IMG/VR virus record: IMGVR_UViG_3300042308_001511
Span: 124,001 to 188,000 of that record
Length of the DNA: 64,000 nt
Reading direction: 5' to 3' (one strand)
In this document: positions 8,678-19,208 of the stretch, one piece after another
Position numbering within the stretch: the stretch's first letter is position 1
Layout of the letters: each line of letters starts with the position of its first letter
The notes under the pieces: model-generated
Seen by the model: only the letters and a program-made list of their open reading frames with translations
Told to the model about the DNA's origin: nothing
Database searches by the model: none
Program-made: the position numbers and the translations under genes

Positions 8678-10413
8678 GTTGATTTTTCTATTATCATTTC
8701 GAATTTTATCTGTCCACAATCAAAAACCCGAACTGCACCAAACTCTGACTCCATTATTTCTACTTCTGACCTGTCTGGATCATATCCGAGCTTAACCAAT
8801 TTCGATTTTTTCCAACGTTGTTTATTAACACGTCTTTTGTCTATTAACCAAGCCCAGTTTGGTTTAGTTACACTTTTCTCAATAAATCCAATTTTGTAAT
8901 ATAGATTACCGGTGGACCATGATAAATCGGCAAAAGTTATTATTCTTGTAGGTTTGTAAGTATTTATAAAATACTTTAGTAGTTTTGAGGCACCACCTAC
9001 AATACTATATCCCAATAAACTACAAAACCTGTTTAAGTTCCATTCCGTATCCAACATTTTATTCCTTCCTTCGAAGTGATCAAAGGACATAATAGAAACT
9101 AAAGCATCATTATGATAGAGACCTATTTTCACCGATGATGCGATTTTTCCCTGTATATGGTTTTCATCTAAGAACAACAATGCCTCTGACTTTTCAACTT
9201 CACGAACTTCACAATTCCTTGCCCATATCTTCGACCCTGAATTTAAACCTATCCAATTCTTTATCTGTGACTTAACTATTTCACATCTTTCAACCCAATC
9301 ATCCTCCCAAATATTAATAATACGTATTCCCTTCTCTTTAAAATATCTCAACTTATTTATGTGATAGTTACTATCTTTATACAATTCAGAATGCCAATAC
9401 AGACCATTAAATTCTAAACCCAAATTAATATCCGGTAGATAAATATCAATTTCCATTTTGGAACGGTAATTTTGAATAATCTCACCATCATAAACCGATG
9501 AAACGTATTCATATAATTCATCTTCTAAAACTGATGCAAATCTTTCGACCGGATTACAAACCGTGCATTGTGGTTTTGATATAGACTTACGAGCATGCCA
9601 TAAATGTGAATTTGTAATATAATTGTGACCTTTATCACAAAACATTTCATATTGTCCTTTTCCAGTGTAGGATACAAAGTTATTGTCCTGATTCAAAGTA
9701 GTTTTAGTAAGCCCTTTCCTATACCTATCAAAAATACCATCACGATATTCTTTTGATTTAGTATAGTTATCAACCCCATACTTATCCAAAGTAGTACGAA
9801 TAACCTTATCCCTTATATCTTTCGACTTCATAGGATGATTAACACCAATTTTATCTATAAGTGTCTTTTGTATGTTTTCCTTTATTATATCAGATTGAAA
9901 AGGATTTTCAACTCCCCAATTATTAAGTGTTGTTTCCCTTTTTTTGTCTTTTGCCCAATCAGTCTTCGATATGTTATCAACCCCATACTTATCTAGCATC
10001 TTTTCTCTAACTTTAAAAACCATATTGGTGTAATCGTATCCTTTACGTGATTCCGCAACATTTCTTTTTACTATATCAGACTTTGAAGGGTTATCAACCC
10101 CATATTTATCCATAGAAGTTTTTCTCAAACTCTCCATTTTTATAGAACTCAATTCAGGATCAGAATTAGAACATTTTTTAGAACAATATTCCCTATAACC
10201 TCTTGAAATTGATAAAAACTTTACATTAGAACCACACATCTTACAAGTCGGTCGTATATTATTATCTAAAAGGTAAATCTTTTCCGATAGCGTATCACCT
10301 TGTAAATTAGTAACATACATCCAAAGATTAGGTAAATTCTTTTCAACCCATGACTCTTTTACGGATGATTTACTTTTATAAATTATCAATTCCTCTAAAA
10401 CATTACTCTGCAT
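8671..10413 (-). CDS. Second Hef-like homing endonuclease, paralogous to 3767..5575
   Basis: KYGVDNP-type repeats, EIDIYLPDINLGLEFNGLYWHSE, ARNCEV..NHIQG..GGASKL; start taken at MQSN. Confidence 0.7.
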   Translation of the reverse strand: MQSNVLEELIIYKSKSSVKESWVEKNLPNLWMYVTNLQGDTLSEKIYLLDNNIRPTCKMCGSNVKFLSISRGYREYCSKKCSNSDPELSSIKMESLRKTSMDKYGVDNPSKSDIVKRNVAESRKGYDYTNMVFKVREKMLDKYGVDNISKTDWAKDKKRETTLNNWGVENPFQSDIIKENIQKTLIDKIGVNHPMKSKDIRDKVIRTTLDKYGVDNYTKSKEYRDGIFDRYRKGLTKTTLNQDNNFVSYTGKGQYEMFCDKGHNYITNSHLWHARKSISKPQCTVCNPVERFASVLEDELYEYVSSVYDGEIIQNYRSKMEIDIYLPDINLGLEFNGLYWHSELYKDSNYHINKLRYFKEKGIRIINIWEDDWVERCEIVKSQIKNWIGLNSGSKIWARNCEVREVEKSEALLFLDENHIQGKIASSVKIGLYHNDALVSIMSFDHFEGRNKMLDTEWNLNRFCSLLGYSIVGGASKLLKYFINTYKPTRIITFADLSWSTGNLYYKIGFIEKSVTKPNWAWLIDKRRVNKQRWKKSKLVKLGYDPDRSEVEIMESEFGAVRVFDCGQIKFEMIIEKSTQ

Positions 10414-10520
10414 AATTTTTATATATAAAAAAAGCCATTCCATCCGTGGCAGTGAAAAAAATAAAATAAGTAAAAACAAACCGCGTAAATTTTTATAAAT
10501 AACATAAATCTAAATAAGAA

Positions 10521-11480
10521 ATGAAAGAACATATATTAGAAGAAAATAAAAGCCGGTTCGTAATGTTCCCGATAAAGTACCACGATATCTGGGAAAAATA
10601 TAAGACTGCTGAACATTCGTTCTGGACGGCCGAAGAGATTGACCTTGCACAAGACTTAACGGACTGGAATGATAAATTGAACGATGATGAGAAACACTAC
10701 ATTAAAAATGTGTTGGCATTTTTTGCAGCATCAGATGGTATTGTTAACGAGAATTTGGCCGAAAACTTTCTTAAAGAAGTTCAGTATGCTGAGGCTAAGA
10801 GTTTTTACGGTTTCCAAATAGCAATGGAAAACATACACTCTGAGACCTACTCTCTTTTGATTGATACCTACATCAAAGACGACAATGAGAAGGATAGATT
10901 ATTCAATGCAATTGATACTGTTCCTTCTGTGAAGAAGAAAGCAGATTGGGCATTGAAATGGATTGAATCAGATTCATTTGCAGAGAGATTGATTGCGTTT
11001 GCTGCTGTCGAGGGTATATTTTTCTCTGGATCTTTCTGTTCTATCTTCTGGTTGAAGAAAAGAGGACTTATGCCAGGTTTGGCATTCTCAAACGAGTTGA
11101 TTTCACGTGACGAAGGACTACACTGTGAGTTTGCATGTTTACTACACAACAAATACGTACAGAACAAAGTTAGTCAAGAGAGGATTACTCAGATTATCAT
11201 TGAGGCAGTCGAGATTGAGAAAGAGTTCGTAACTGATTCATTACCTGTATCTTTGATTGGTATGAATTCTAAACTTATGCAACAATATATCGAATTCGTT
11301 GCTGACTACTGGTTAGTGGAATTAGGTTGTAAGAGAGTTTATAATACGGACAACCCGTTCGATTTTATGGATATGCTTTCGTTACAAAACAAAGGAAATT
11401 TTTTCGAGAAGAGGGTTTCTGAATACCAAAAGCCAAAGGACAGAGAAATTGATTTCACTAGTCTTGACGAAGATTTCTAA
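10521..11480 (+). CDS. nrdB: Ribonucleotide reductase class Ia beta subunit
   Basis: [45 protein letters not shown]. Confidence 0.97.
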   Translation: MKEHILEENKSRFVMFPIKYHDIWEKYKTAEHSFWTAEEIDLAQDLTDWNDKLNDDEKHYIKNVLAFFAASDGIVNENLAENFLKEVQYAEAKSFYGFQIAMENIHSETYSLLIDTYIKDDNEKDRLFNAIDTVPSVKKKADWALKWIESDSFAERLIAFAAVEGIFFSGSFCSIFWLKKRGLMPGLAFSNELISRDEGLHCEFACLLHNKYVQNKVSQERITQIIIEAVEIEKEFVTDSLPVSLIGMNSKLMQQYIEFVADYWLVELGCKRVYNTDNPFDFMDMLSLQNKGNFFEKRVSEYQKPKDREIDFTSLDEDF

Positions 11481-11485
11481 TAATT

Positions 11486-11509
11486 AGGGACTAAAAAGTC
11501 CCTTTTTTT
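11486..11509 (+). terminator. Intrinsic terminator
   Basis: agggact-aaaa-agtccct followed by a T-tract. Confidence 0.65.
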
Positions 11510-11517
11510 ATATAAAA

Positions 11518-12501
11518 ATGGTTAAAAAAGAGATTGTTTGTGTGATGGCTCATGCAACAAATGAAGAGAAAAGGACACTTCTACGTAAGTGTGTGCAATC
11601 TATTCGTTCACACGGATACGAAGTTATGATATGTTCGCATATTAATGTTCCTGACGATTTGATTGAAATATCTGACTACTTTGTACACGGTAAGAATAAT
11701 CCTATAATAACATATGACGAGTATGAAACTATAGGTGGTGGAATATTTTATTGGCAAGACTTTCCACAATATTATATGAATAAAAAGGTAGACATAAACC
11801 ACGGGCTGGCGCACCTAAGACTTATGCTTCGTGGTGCATCAATTGCTAACATAGAAGGGTATGATGTTATACATCTCATAAACTATGATTATATAATAAA
11901 CGATGTTACGGTTTTGTCAAATGCGTCAACTAAACTTGATACAAAAGATGCATACTTTTTTAGTAGGTCCAATTCTGACACAATTATAACCGGTATGATG
12001 TCTATGCGTGTTGATAGTTTACTTAAAAACTACGGACACATATTGAGTAAGCAAGATTATTGTGTCTATGGTATATCAATATTCGAAGACCTTTTCTTAC
12101 ATATCACAAAGGAGAGTGGTATGTTATATCACATAGAAGAAAGTTCTAATTTAGATGACAGAGTTGAACAGGACCTAATCAATATAACGGATGCGTATGG
12201 TCTTTACAATTGTGAAGATACGAATATTAGGATAGTTCCGTGTATTGATGATTTTGGTCAATATTACTTATTGATATCAGTTGATCAGGAACTGGAAGAA
12301 AACTACTTGAATATATACCACCGGGGAAGGTATTATAGTGTTAGTGCATCAGGCACACAATTTATTGAACTATCTGATATGCTAGAAAATGGTATAATAG
12401 TTACTCTTAGTAAAGGCCAGGTCTGCCTAAGAATCGACTCGAAAAGCAACATATCACGATGTGTAATAAAAGACACACAAATCGTGACAAAACTTATTTG
12501 A
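11518..12501 (+). CDS. Glycosyltransferase-like protein, paralogous to 50132..51148
   Basis: GT-A-like N-terminus; HGLAHLR and IHLINYD match HGLSVLR and FHRIEVD of the paralogue. Confidence 0.4.
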   Translation: MVKKEIVCVMAHATNEEKRTLLRKCVQSIRSHGYEVMICSHINVPDDLIEISDYFVHGKNNPIITYDEYETIGGGIFYWQDFPQYYMNKKVDINHGLAHLRLMLRGASIANIEGYDVIHLINYDYIINDVTVLSNASTKLDTKDAYFFSRSNSDTIITGMMSMRVDSLLKNYGHILSKQDYCVYGISIFEDLFLHITKESGMLYHIEESSNLDDRVEQDLINITDAYGLYNCEDTNIRIVPCIDDFGQYYLLISVDQELEENYLNIYHRGRYYSVSASGTQFIELSDMLENGIIVTLSKGQVCLRIDSKSNISRCVIKDTQIVTKLI

Positions 12502-12503
12502 CT

Positions 12504-13409
12504 ATGAAGATGAATGTACTTTCACTATTTGATGGCATATCGTGTGGTAGAATAGCACTCGAAAGAGCCGGTATACCTTGTAACTATTGGGCAAGTGAGA
12601 TTGATGAAAAGGCGATTGAAGTTTCTGCAAAAAACTGGCCAGAAATAGTTCATATGGGTGATGTCACCGAACTATACGATCAAATTGTAAACTTACCTAA
12701 GATAGATTTGCTTATTGGTGGTAGTCCTTGTCAATCATTTTCTAATGCTGGTAAAGGAGAAGGTTTCCAGGGTAAGAGTGGTTTGTTTTGGGAGTTTGTA
12801 AGGATAAAAGAAGCTACTGAACCGAGATACTTTATGCTTGAAAATGTAAGTATGAAGCGTGAGTGGAGAGACCAAATAAGTGAGGCACTTGGAGTTGAAC
12901 CAGTGATGATTGATAGTAAAATCGTGAGTGCACAGAACCGAAAACGATTATACTGGACAAATATACCATTGAAGGATACCATTGAAGATAGAGGACTCTA
13001 CTTAGATGATGTTGTTGAGTGGGATGTAGATCCAAAATACTGGTTACCTCAGAAGAATACAGATATTCTAAATAGGAAAGTAGATATGAAGGGAGCACCA
13101 GATTTATGTGCAATTGATGTATATAACAAAAGGTATAAGACGGATGGAAGGTGTCAGACAATTACACACCCATGTCATAATACAATTAGGCTTTGGCAAG
13201 ATGGTAAGTTTAGGAAGTTCACACCACTTGAATATGAGAGATTACAGAACGTTCCTGAAGGATATACCGCAGGTCATTCTGACACAATTAGAGGTGGCTT
13301 CTTGGCAAATGGATGGACAGTGGATGTTATATCATATATATTTGGTCAAATGTTGGAAGATATGAAGAAGGTTTATGAAAATCAAAAGTCATTTCAATAT
13401 CCCATTTAG
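12504..13409 (+). CDS. DNA (cytosine-5) methyltransferase
   Basis: LSLFDGISCG, GGSPCQSFS, LENV, QNRKRLYW, ANGW. Confidence 0.93.
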   Translation: MKMNVLSLFDGISCGRIALERAGIPCNYWASEIDEKAIEVSAKNWPEIVHMGDVTELYDQIVNLPKIDLLIGGSPCQSFSNAGKGEGFQGKSGLFWEFVRIKEATEPRYFMLENVSMKREWRDQISEALGVEPVMIDSKIVSAQNRKRLYWTNIPLKDTIEDRGLYLDDVVEWDVDPKYWLPQKNTDILNRKVDMKGAPDLCAIDVYNKRYKTDGRCQTITHPCHNTIRLWQDGKFRKFTPLEYERLQNVPEGYTAGHSDTIRGGFLANGWTVDVISYIFGQMLEDMKKVYENQKSFQYPI

Positions 13410-13949
13410 TAAATAATCTCTATTATCCTCTTTTGATTTGTGAAACCAGATTGTTTTTTGATAAGCTTTTCGTAACTCTTTCCACCCTGGAAGTGCGTCC
13501 CAATGTCCGTAGACGTGAACTGAGTCGTCCCAAATTATTATCCTCTCAATTTCGGTCTGCCTCTCGCTCGGCCAGTCTGTGTAAGTTTTTTCATTACCGT
13601 TATTATCGGTGTACGTAAACTCATACTCTCGCTTGTTCTCCCAACTTCTCCTGACGTTGTAGAAGTCAATCTCAAGTGCCATATCCAAAAGTCGGTCGTT
13701 TAGGTATATCGCAACTCTCGGATAGTGTAAAACTGCATACGATCCAGATTTCCTGTCATGCATCCACTCGATGTGTTCATAAAGGAAGAATTGGCCTTTT
13801 TTTACCTTACTACCGATGAGGTCGTATTTGTCGGTCTTCAGGTCGAATCCGTTAAAAGTCCACTCTTCGCCTCTATTATAATCAGGAAGTTCTGACGTTG
13901 GATATTTTGATACGATAAGTTCTGTTATATTCATTTCTTTTTTTTTCAC
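13389..13949 (-). CDS. Hypothetical protein with C-terminal tag
   Basis: Ends RDYLLNGILK. Confidence 0.65.
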   Translation of the reverse strand: MKKKEMNITELIVSKYPTSELPDYNRGEEWTFNGFDLKTDKYDLIGSKVKKGQFFLYEHIEWMHDRKSGSYAVLHYPRVAIYLNDRLLDMALEIDFYNVRRSWENKREYEFTYTDNNGNEKTYTDWPSERQTEIERIIIWDDSVHVYGHWDALPGWKELRKAYQKTIWFHKSKEDNRDYLLNGILK

Positions 13950-13958
13950 GAATTTAAA

Positions 13959-13989
13959 AAGAAAATCCCGTTTTCACGGGATTTTTCTT
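13959..13989. terminator. Intrinsic terminator downstream of dnaK
   Basis: aaaatcccg-ttttca-cgggatttt. Confidence 0.6.
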
Positions 13990-14003
13990 AGGTATATTTT
14001 CTA

Positions 14004-15902
14004 CTACTTCTCATTTACGTCTTCGAAGTCTACATCTTCTACCGTGCCATCACTGGTTGGTTGATCATTTGTATTTGTGTTTTCGTTTGTACTCTCTTGA
14101 TACAATCTTGTACTGATTGGTCCCCAAGTTTCGTTCAACGCTTCAATAGAACTATCAATTGCCGCAACATCTGCATCTGCGTGAGCTTTCTTAAGAATAT
14201 CTAACTTTTCGTTGATTGCATTTGTATCTTCTGTAGTTAGTTTTTCAGAAAACTCTTTGATTTGTTTTTCTGTTTGGAAAATCATACTATCTGCAGCATT
14301 TAGTTTTTCAACCTTCTCTTTTTCGAGTCTGTCTGCTTCCGCGTTAGCTTCTGCGTCTGCTTTCATTTTCTCAATCTCTTCTTTAGAAAGTTGCGATCCA
14401 CCCTCAATTCTGATAGAGTTTTGTTTACTAGTTGCTTTGTCTTTAGCAGAAACTGAAAGTATGCCATTTGCATCTATGTCAAAGGTTACTTCTATCTGCG
14501 GGATTCCTCTAGGTGATGGCATAATTCCATCGAGGTTGAATCTTCCGAGTGATCTGTTGTCTTTGGCCATTGCTCTCTCACCTTGTAAAACGTGTAACTC
14601 TACTGATGGTTGATTATCTGCCGCAGTTGAGAAAGTCTCACTTTTCTTTGTAGGGATTGTAGTATTTGCTTCAATCAACTTTGTGAAAACTCCACCCATT
14701 GTTTCGATTCCTAATGATAGTGGTGTTACGTCTAATAATAACACATCTGTAATACCACCTGTCAATACAGCACCTTGAATTGCAGCACCCAATGCCACAA
14801 CTTCGTCTGGATTTACTGAACGGTTAGGTTTTTTACCTACATATTGTTCGATTGCATCCTGAATTGCAGGAATTCTAGTAGAACCACCCACCAAAATTAC
14901 TTCATCGATATCTGATGGTTTCAAGCCTGCGTTTTTAAGTGCAGATTTTGCACATCCGATTGCTCTGTCCACAAGTTTTGCGGTCATTTGTTCGAACTTT
15001 GCTTTAGTTAATTTCTTCACAAAGTGTAAAGGAAGTCCGTCTTTTGCAGTGATATATGGAAGGTTGATTTCAGACTCAGAAGTAGATGAAAGTTCAATTT
15101 TTGCTTTCTCCGCAGCATCCTTCAACCTTTGAAGTGCCATAGGATCTTTTGATAAATCCATTGAGTTCTCTGATTTGAACTCAGTTATCATCCAATCAAT
15201 AATTGCGTTATCAAAGTCATCACCTCCTAAGTGAGTATCACCATCAGTAGATTTTACTTCAAAAACACCATCACCAATTTCCAATACCGAAACATCGTGT
15301 GTACCACCACCGCAGTCAAATACTAATATTTTAGATTCATTGTCTTTTTTGTCTAAACCATATGCAAGTGCTGCTGCTGTAGGTTCGTTGATAATTCTTT
15401 CTACTTTCAAACCAGCAATCTCACCTGCTTCAATAGTAGCAGTTCTTTCTGCATCACCAAAGTATGCAGGAACTGTAATAACTGCTCGGGTAACTTCGTA
15501 TCCTAAATAGTCTTCTGCGGTTTTTTTCATTTTTTGTAGAATCATCGCAGAAATCTCTTGTGGTGTGTATTCACGTCCATCAATGTTAACAACCGGAACA
15601 TTACTAGCAGATTTCTTTACTTCATAAGGAACTCTTCCAACTTCGTCGGTACAAACAGAGTGGTCTTTTCCGATGAATCTCTTAATTGAGTAGATTGTGT
15701 TTTTTGGGTTTGTTACTGCCTGTCTTTTTGCAGGGTCTCCAATTTTTCTATCGTTGTTAGAGAAAGATACGATTGATGGTGTCGTTCTTCTACCCTCTGC
15801 GTTGGAGATTACTACTGGCTCCCCGCCTTCTACCACTGCGACGCACGAGTTTGTTGTCCCGAGGTCAATTCCGATGATTACATCTTTTTTACTCATAGTC
15901 AT
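14004..15902 (-). CDS. dnaK: Chaperone DnaK (Hsp70)
   Basis: [32 protein letters not shown], acidic VEDVDFED tail. Confidence 0.98.
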   Translation of the reverse strand: MTMSKKDVIIGIDLGTTNSCVAVVEGGEPVVISNAEGRRTTPSIVSFSNNDRKIGDPAKRQAVTNPKNTIYSIKRFIGKDHSVCTDEVGRVPYEVKKSASNVPVVNIDGREYTPQEISAMILQKMKKTAEDYLGYEVTRAVITVPAYFGDAERTATIEAGEIAGLKVERIINEPTAAALAYGLDKKDNESKILVFDCGGGTHDVSVLEIGDGVFEVKSTDGDTHLGGDDFDNAIIDWMITEFKSENSMDLSKDPMALQRLKDAAEKAKIELSSTSESEINLPYITAKDGLPLHFVKKLTKAKFEQMTAKLVDRAIGCAKSALKNAGLKPSDIDEVILVGGSTRIPAIQDAIEQYVGKKPNRSVNPDEVVALGAAIQGAVLTGGITDVLLLDVTPLSLGIETMGGVFTKLIEANTTIPTKKSETFSTAADNQPSVELHVLQGERAMAKDNRSLGRFNLDGIMPSPRGIPQIEVTFDIDANGILSVSAKDKATSKQNSIRIEGGSQLSKEEIEKMKADAEANAEADRLEKEKVEKLNAADSMIFQTEKQIKEFSEKLTTEDTNAINEKLDILKKAHADADVAAIDSSIEALNETWGPISTRLYQESTNENTNTNDQPTSDGTVEDVDFEDVNEK

Positions 15903-15947
15903 TTATTTTTATTTTTATTTTTACTTATCAAAAACTACACCAAAACA

Positions 15948-16022
15948 AAAACCTGACATAATTTTTATTTGTTGTCAGGTTTTATGACATAATATTCTAT
16001 TTGTTGTCAGGTTTTATGACAT
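15948..16022. repeat. Two 25-bp direct repeats, each containing TGTCA-N7-TGACA, plus an inverted half-copy, upstream of dnaK
   Basis: tatttgttgtcaggttttatgacat at 15966-15990 and 15998-16022; aaaacctgaca at 15948-15958. Confidence 0.85.
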
Positions 16023-16060
16023 TTCACAAATATTATTGTTGTTTATTTTATTTTATTTTC

Positions 16061-16068
16061 TATATTTG
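16061..16068 (+). promoter_or_regulatory. Bacteroidota-type -7 promoter element TAnnTTTG (representative copy)
   Basis: TATATTTG or TATCTTTG also at 17027, 20807, 20869, 24587, 27538(-), 36502(-), 39139(-), 48957, 51165, 51629 and 53867, upstream of gene starts. Confidence 0.65.
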
Positions 16069-16085
16069 TTTTTAAAAATATCTAA

Positions 16086-17006
16086 ATGGGAAGCTTTTAC
16101 CTTACGTGCTCGATTTCGCACATGACTCTAACAAATCAAAAGACCAGTGTCCAACTTTTGATACCGAAGATGGACTACAAAGGAAACACCGAACTCAAAG
16201 AGCACAAAAACCTTATATGTACCAATGACGGTGCACAAGCATTCTTCTCGCCTTTCGGATTTCCAATCAAAGGAGAATACTATGACTATGGATACATCGA
16301 CGAGATTCAGAGAGATAAGAATGTTGAACAACTCGAAGAGTTCTTTGGTGGTAGTATAGATGATATAATCAAACACATTGGTAGAAAACGCGACTGGACA
16401 CCACCGAAGAACGAGCAGATTTACGAGCAACTACACATGACCTTTTTCCGTACAGAGGTACTCGAGTTTCTGGAGAGGGGATGGGACACAATAAATCTGA
16501 CCGACCCGTATGATTACTCGGGCGACGCCTACCTTAAGAAGTTCATAGAACTCGTTACAAAAGCACCGACCATGTTGCAGAAAGCGGAGGTTATCGAGAA
16601 GAGGTCAAAAGGTGAGGAGCTGACAGAGGACGAGTATGAAATTATGTTCCACTCGGAATACGAAGTCTTCGGATCGAGCAACTGTTACATAAAGTCCACG
16701 ATGGACAGGAACTTCTTGAAACTGCTCGGGGTGGACATAGAGGTGCAGTTAAACGACGTACTGAAACAGTCTACTTTCTTGACAAGATTTGGATGGGGGT
16801 TAGACAGGATACTTCTACCTTCGGTCTATGGATCACAGGAAACCAACTTCACGGAGACGTACTTACTGAACGACTTCGTCAACGACCTACTAGTACAGGA
16901 TATGGAAAACGAATACGATGACTATGACGAAGATGGTAACTCCGAGAAAGAGAGGATAATCAAATCACATAACAGGAACAAATCACTAAGAGAATTAGGA
17001 ATATGA
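16086..17006 (+). CDS. Hypothetical protein with C-terminal tag
   Basis: 306 aa, ends RNKSLRELGI. Confidence 0.7.
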   Translation: MGSFYLTCSISHMTLTNQKTSVQLLIPKMDYKGNTELKEHKNLICTNDGAQAFFSPFGFPIKGEYYDYGYIDEIQRDKNVEQLEEFFGGSIDDIIKHIGRKRDWTPPKNEQIYEQLHMTFFRTEVLEFLERGWDTINLTDPYDYSGDAYLKKFIELVTKAPTMLQKAEVIEKRSKGEELTEDEYEIMFHSEYEVFGSSNCYIKSTMDRNFLKLLGVDIEVQLNDVLKQSTFLTRFGWGLDRILLPSVYGSQETNFTETYLLNDFVNDLLVQDMENEYDDYDEDGNSEKERIIKSHNRNKSLRELGI

Positions 17007-17038
17007 TAAACTTATGTTATTTTTAGTATATTTGTAAT

Positions 17039-17476
17039 ATGAGAATATACATCGATATGGACGACACTTTGTGTAATTACACAAAGGCGATAAAAGAAGC
17101 TAAGGCCAAGAACCCGTCACAACCTTACCCACAATCACAATGGGGTTTTTTCAATGACTTAGAACCGATACCTGGTGCTATTGATGCGGTTGAAGGTCTC
17201 AAACGTTTAGGACACGATGTTTGGTTACTTTCACGACCTTCTACTAAGAATTTGAACTGTTATAGTGAGAAAGCTTATTGGGTTCAGAAGTATTTAGGTG
17301 ATGATATGGTCGAGAGACTTATACTGGCTTGTGATAAGTCTTTGGTAAAGGGTGATTTTTTGGTGGATGACCAGGGAGGTTTCGGTCAAGAGGATTTTGA
17401 GGGTGAATGGCTTAGGTTTGGTTCTGATAAGTTTCCGGATTGGAACACCGTTTTACACTATATTCTAAAAAAATAA
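17039..17476 (+). CDS. 5'(3')-deoxyribonucleotidase (NT5C-type HAD)
   Basis: IDMDDTL, EKAYWV, GDFLVDD. Confidence 0.85.
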   Translation: MRIYIDMDDTLCNYTKAIKEAKAKNPSQPYPQSQWGFFNDLEPIPGAIDAVEGLKRLGHDVWLLSRPSTKNLNCYSEKAYWVQKYLGDDMVERLILACDKSLVKGDFLVDDQGGFGQEDFEGEWLRFGSDKFPDWNTVLHYILKK

Positions 17477-17556
17477 TTTAAATAATTTTAGTAGTAAACG
17501 TGTAGTGTTTCGATGATTTTGTAATTATTTCTAAGTGGTGTATTAATATATACATT

Positions 17557-17799
17557 ATGAAGAAAGAGGTTATAAAGTCTATACGAATAATGGGTGTCGG
17601 TACTACTGAGATACTAATGGACTTTGACCTTAGTGTTGGTATGTTTAACTCAATAGAGTGGGTTCCGGAAACCAATCGTGTTATTATACATATGTTCTCA
17701 GAATTCTCAGATTTCGAATTAAGTGTAGATTGGGAAGACTTATCTTTTGAAGATCAATTAGAAGTATACGTAATACTCAACTCAATACTTTATAATTGA
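17557..17799 (+). CDS. Small acidic hypothetical protein
   Basis: 80 aa, TAATATATA upstream. Confidence 0.55.
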   Translation: MKKEVIKSIRIMGVGTTEILMDFDLSVGMFNSIEWVPETNRVIIHMFSEFSDFELSVDWEDLSFEDQLEVYVILNSILYN

Positions 17800-18293
17800 C
17801 GTTTTTGTCTTTCGAGTTCTAAGTATGCTTTAATATCTTCGTAAGTAACCTGTCCTGGGTTTGTGAATATTTTATTAGGATCACCTTTTACATTTTCCTC
17901 TAACTTACGTAGTTCATTGAGTTTTTTTAACTCGTCGTATTTATCATCACACTCCTTTAGTATTTTGCCCAAATACGCATCGACACCTTTTTTTAAAATA
18001 AATTCTTCGTCAAAATCAAATATAAACTCCTGGAAATTTTCCCCATAGTATATTGCCATAACTGGTTCATTTATATACATATCTAAGTAAAACTTTATAT
18101 CACCTACATTTCCCTGACCATATATAGATGTTTGATATGTGTTATTATAGAAGTATGCGAATTTATCACTATCGTTATATACTCTACCACCATTTTTTTC
18201 TATCGTCGGTACCAATCCAAGATTTACCCTAAAGTAATTAGATGATTTAAATTTGTTGACTATTTCTCTGTTTGTTACTATGTTCAATCCCAT
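17790..18293 (-). CDS. Hypothetical protein
   Basis: 167-aa ORF. Confidence 0.6.
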   Translation of the reverse strand: MGLNIVTNREIVNKFKSSNYFRVNLGLVPTIEKNGGRVYNDSDKFAYFYNNTYQTSIYGQGNVGDIKFYLDMYINEPVMAIYYGENFQEFIFDFDEEFILKKGVDAYLGKILKECDDKYDELKKLNELRKLEENVKGDPNKIFTNPGQVTYEDIKAYLELERQKRQL

Positions 18294-18321
18294 AGTTTAT
18301 TTATAATGTTTTGTGTTCTTT

Positions 18322-18867
18322 CTATTTAGTCTCTATATCGAGTTCTTCGGTTTCTTCACCATCGACCTCTATTTTTAATTTTACTAACATATCCTCATCA
18401 ACCTCATCAATCTTTACAGTTTTTTTAGGTAGTTCTTTGATAAGTTGGTCTGCAGAGTTGTATCTTTTTATCTTGACTTTACAATTCTCTATGTCTTCGC
18501 TACCGAAGTCTTTTGTAAGGTCTTTCTGAACTGCATCCTTTAAGTCTATTGTGAATATTATAGAGTACCAGTTTTCTCCGTCATCGAGTCTGCATGAAAG
18601 TGTAGATGCAATCTTAGAAATTTCTGCATCAACCAGACTTGTTCCATAATCTGCAAAGGATATCTTCTTATCTGCTGCTGCTTTCTTTTCACCTTTACTT
18701 TTTGCCTGACTGAAACTTATAATTTCGTACTCTTCTGGTTCTTCACTATCTTCTGGAAAAATCTTCATTATTTTTTCCTTTATAGTCTTAAGTGCTTGTT
18801 CGGCATGGAACTCAGGAGTCTCATCCATTCCCTCTTTTAAATACTCTGTAAATTTTATTATCTTCAT
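18322..18867 (-). CDS. Acidic hypothetical protein with N-terminal tag
   Basis: Starts MKIIKFTEYLKE. Confidence 0.65.
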   Translation of the reverse strand: MKIIKFTEYLKEGMDETPEFHAEQALKTIKEKIMKIFPEDSEEPEEYEIISFSQAKSKGEKKAAADKKISFADYGTSLVDAEISKIASTLSCRLDDGENWYSIIFTIDLKDAVQKDLTKDFGSEDIENCKVKIKRYNSADQLIKELPKKTVKIDEVDEDMLVKLKIEVDGEETEELDIETK

Positions 18868-18888
18868 ATCTTATATATTATTCTTTTA

Positions 18889-19200
18889 CTATGTAAGTGA
18901 TTGTATTTGAGACATATAATCTGTAACCTGTGATGTACTTAGACTACCTATTGTTCCTGATGCAACTATAGTTGTATCGCAATAATTTCCCTCGGAATCA
19001 AGAACTCTTATTTCGAAAAGACCGGAAGATCCACCAATAGTTTGAGGTCCTCTTGCGACTTGTACACCGAAACCATTTACAAATTGTATTCTTGCGTACA
19101 TTCCCAGGTCCGGAACAGCTGGGTACATTTTGACCCATGTGTCATAATCCTCTGGTGCAACTGGTCTTGCCTTCCATTCTAAATCGTTGAAAGTGTACAT
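18889..19200 (-). CDS. Phage hypothetical protein
   Basis: 103-aa ORF with FVNGFGVQV..GLFEIRVL motif. Confidence 0.6.
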   Translation of the reverse strand: MYTFNDLEWKARPVAPEDYDTWVKMYPAVPDLGMYARIQFVNGFGVQVARGPQTIGGSSGLFEIRVLDSEGNYCDTTIVASGTIGSLSTSQVTDYMSQIQSLT

Positions 19201-19208
19201 ATTCTAAT

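Noticed and set aside
15948-16022. Mini CRISPR array
   Set aside because: Only two 25-bp copies with a 7-bp gap and no cas genes; better explained as operator repeats.
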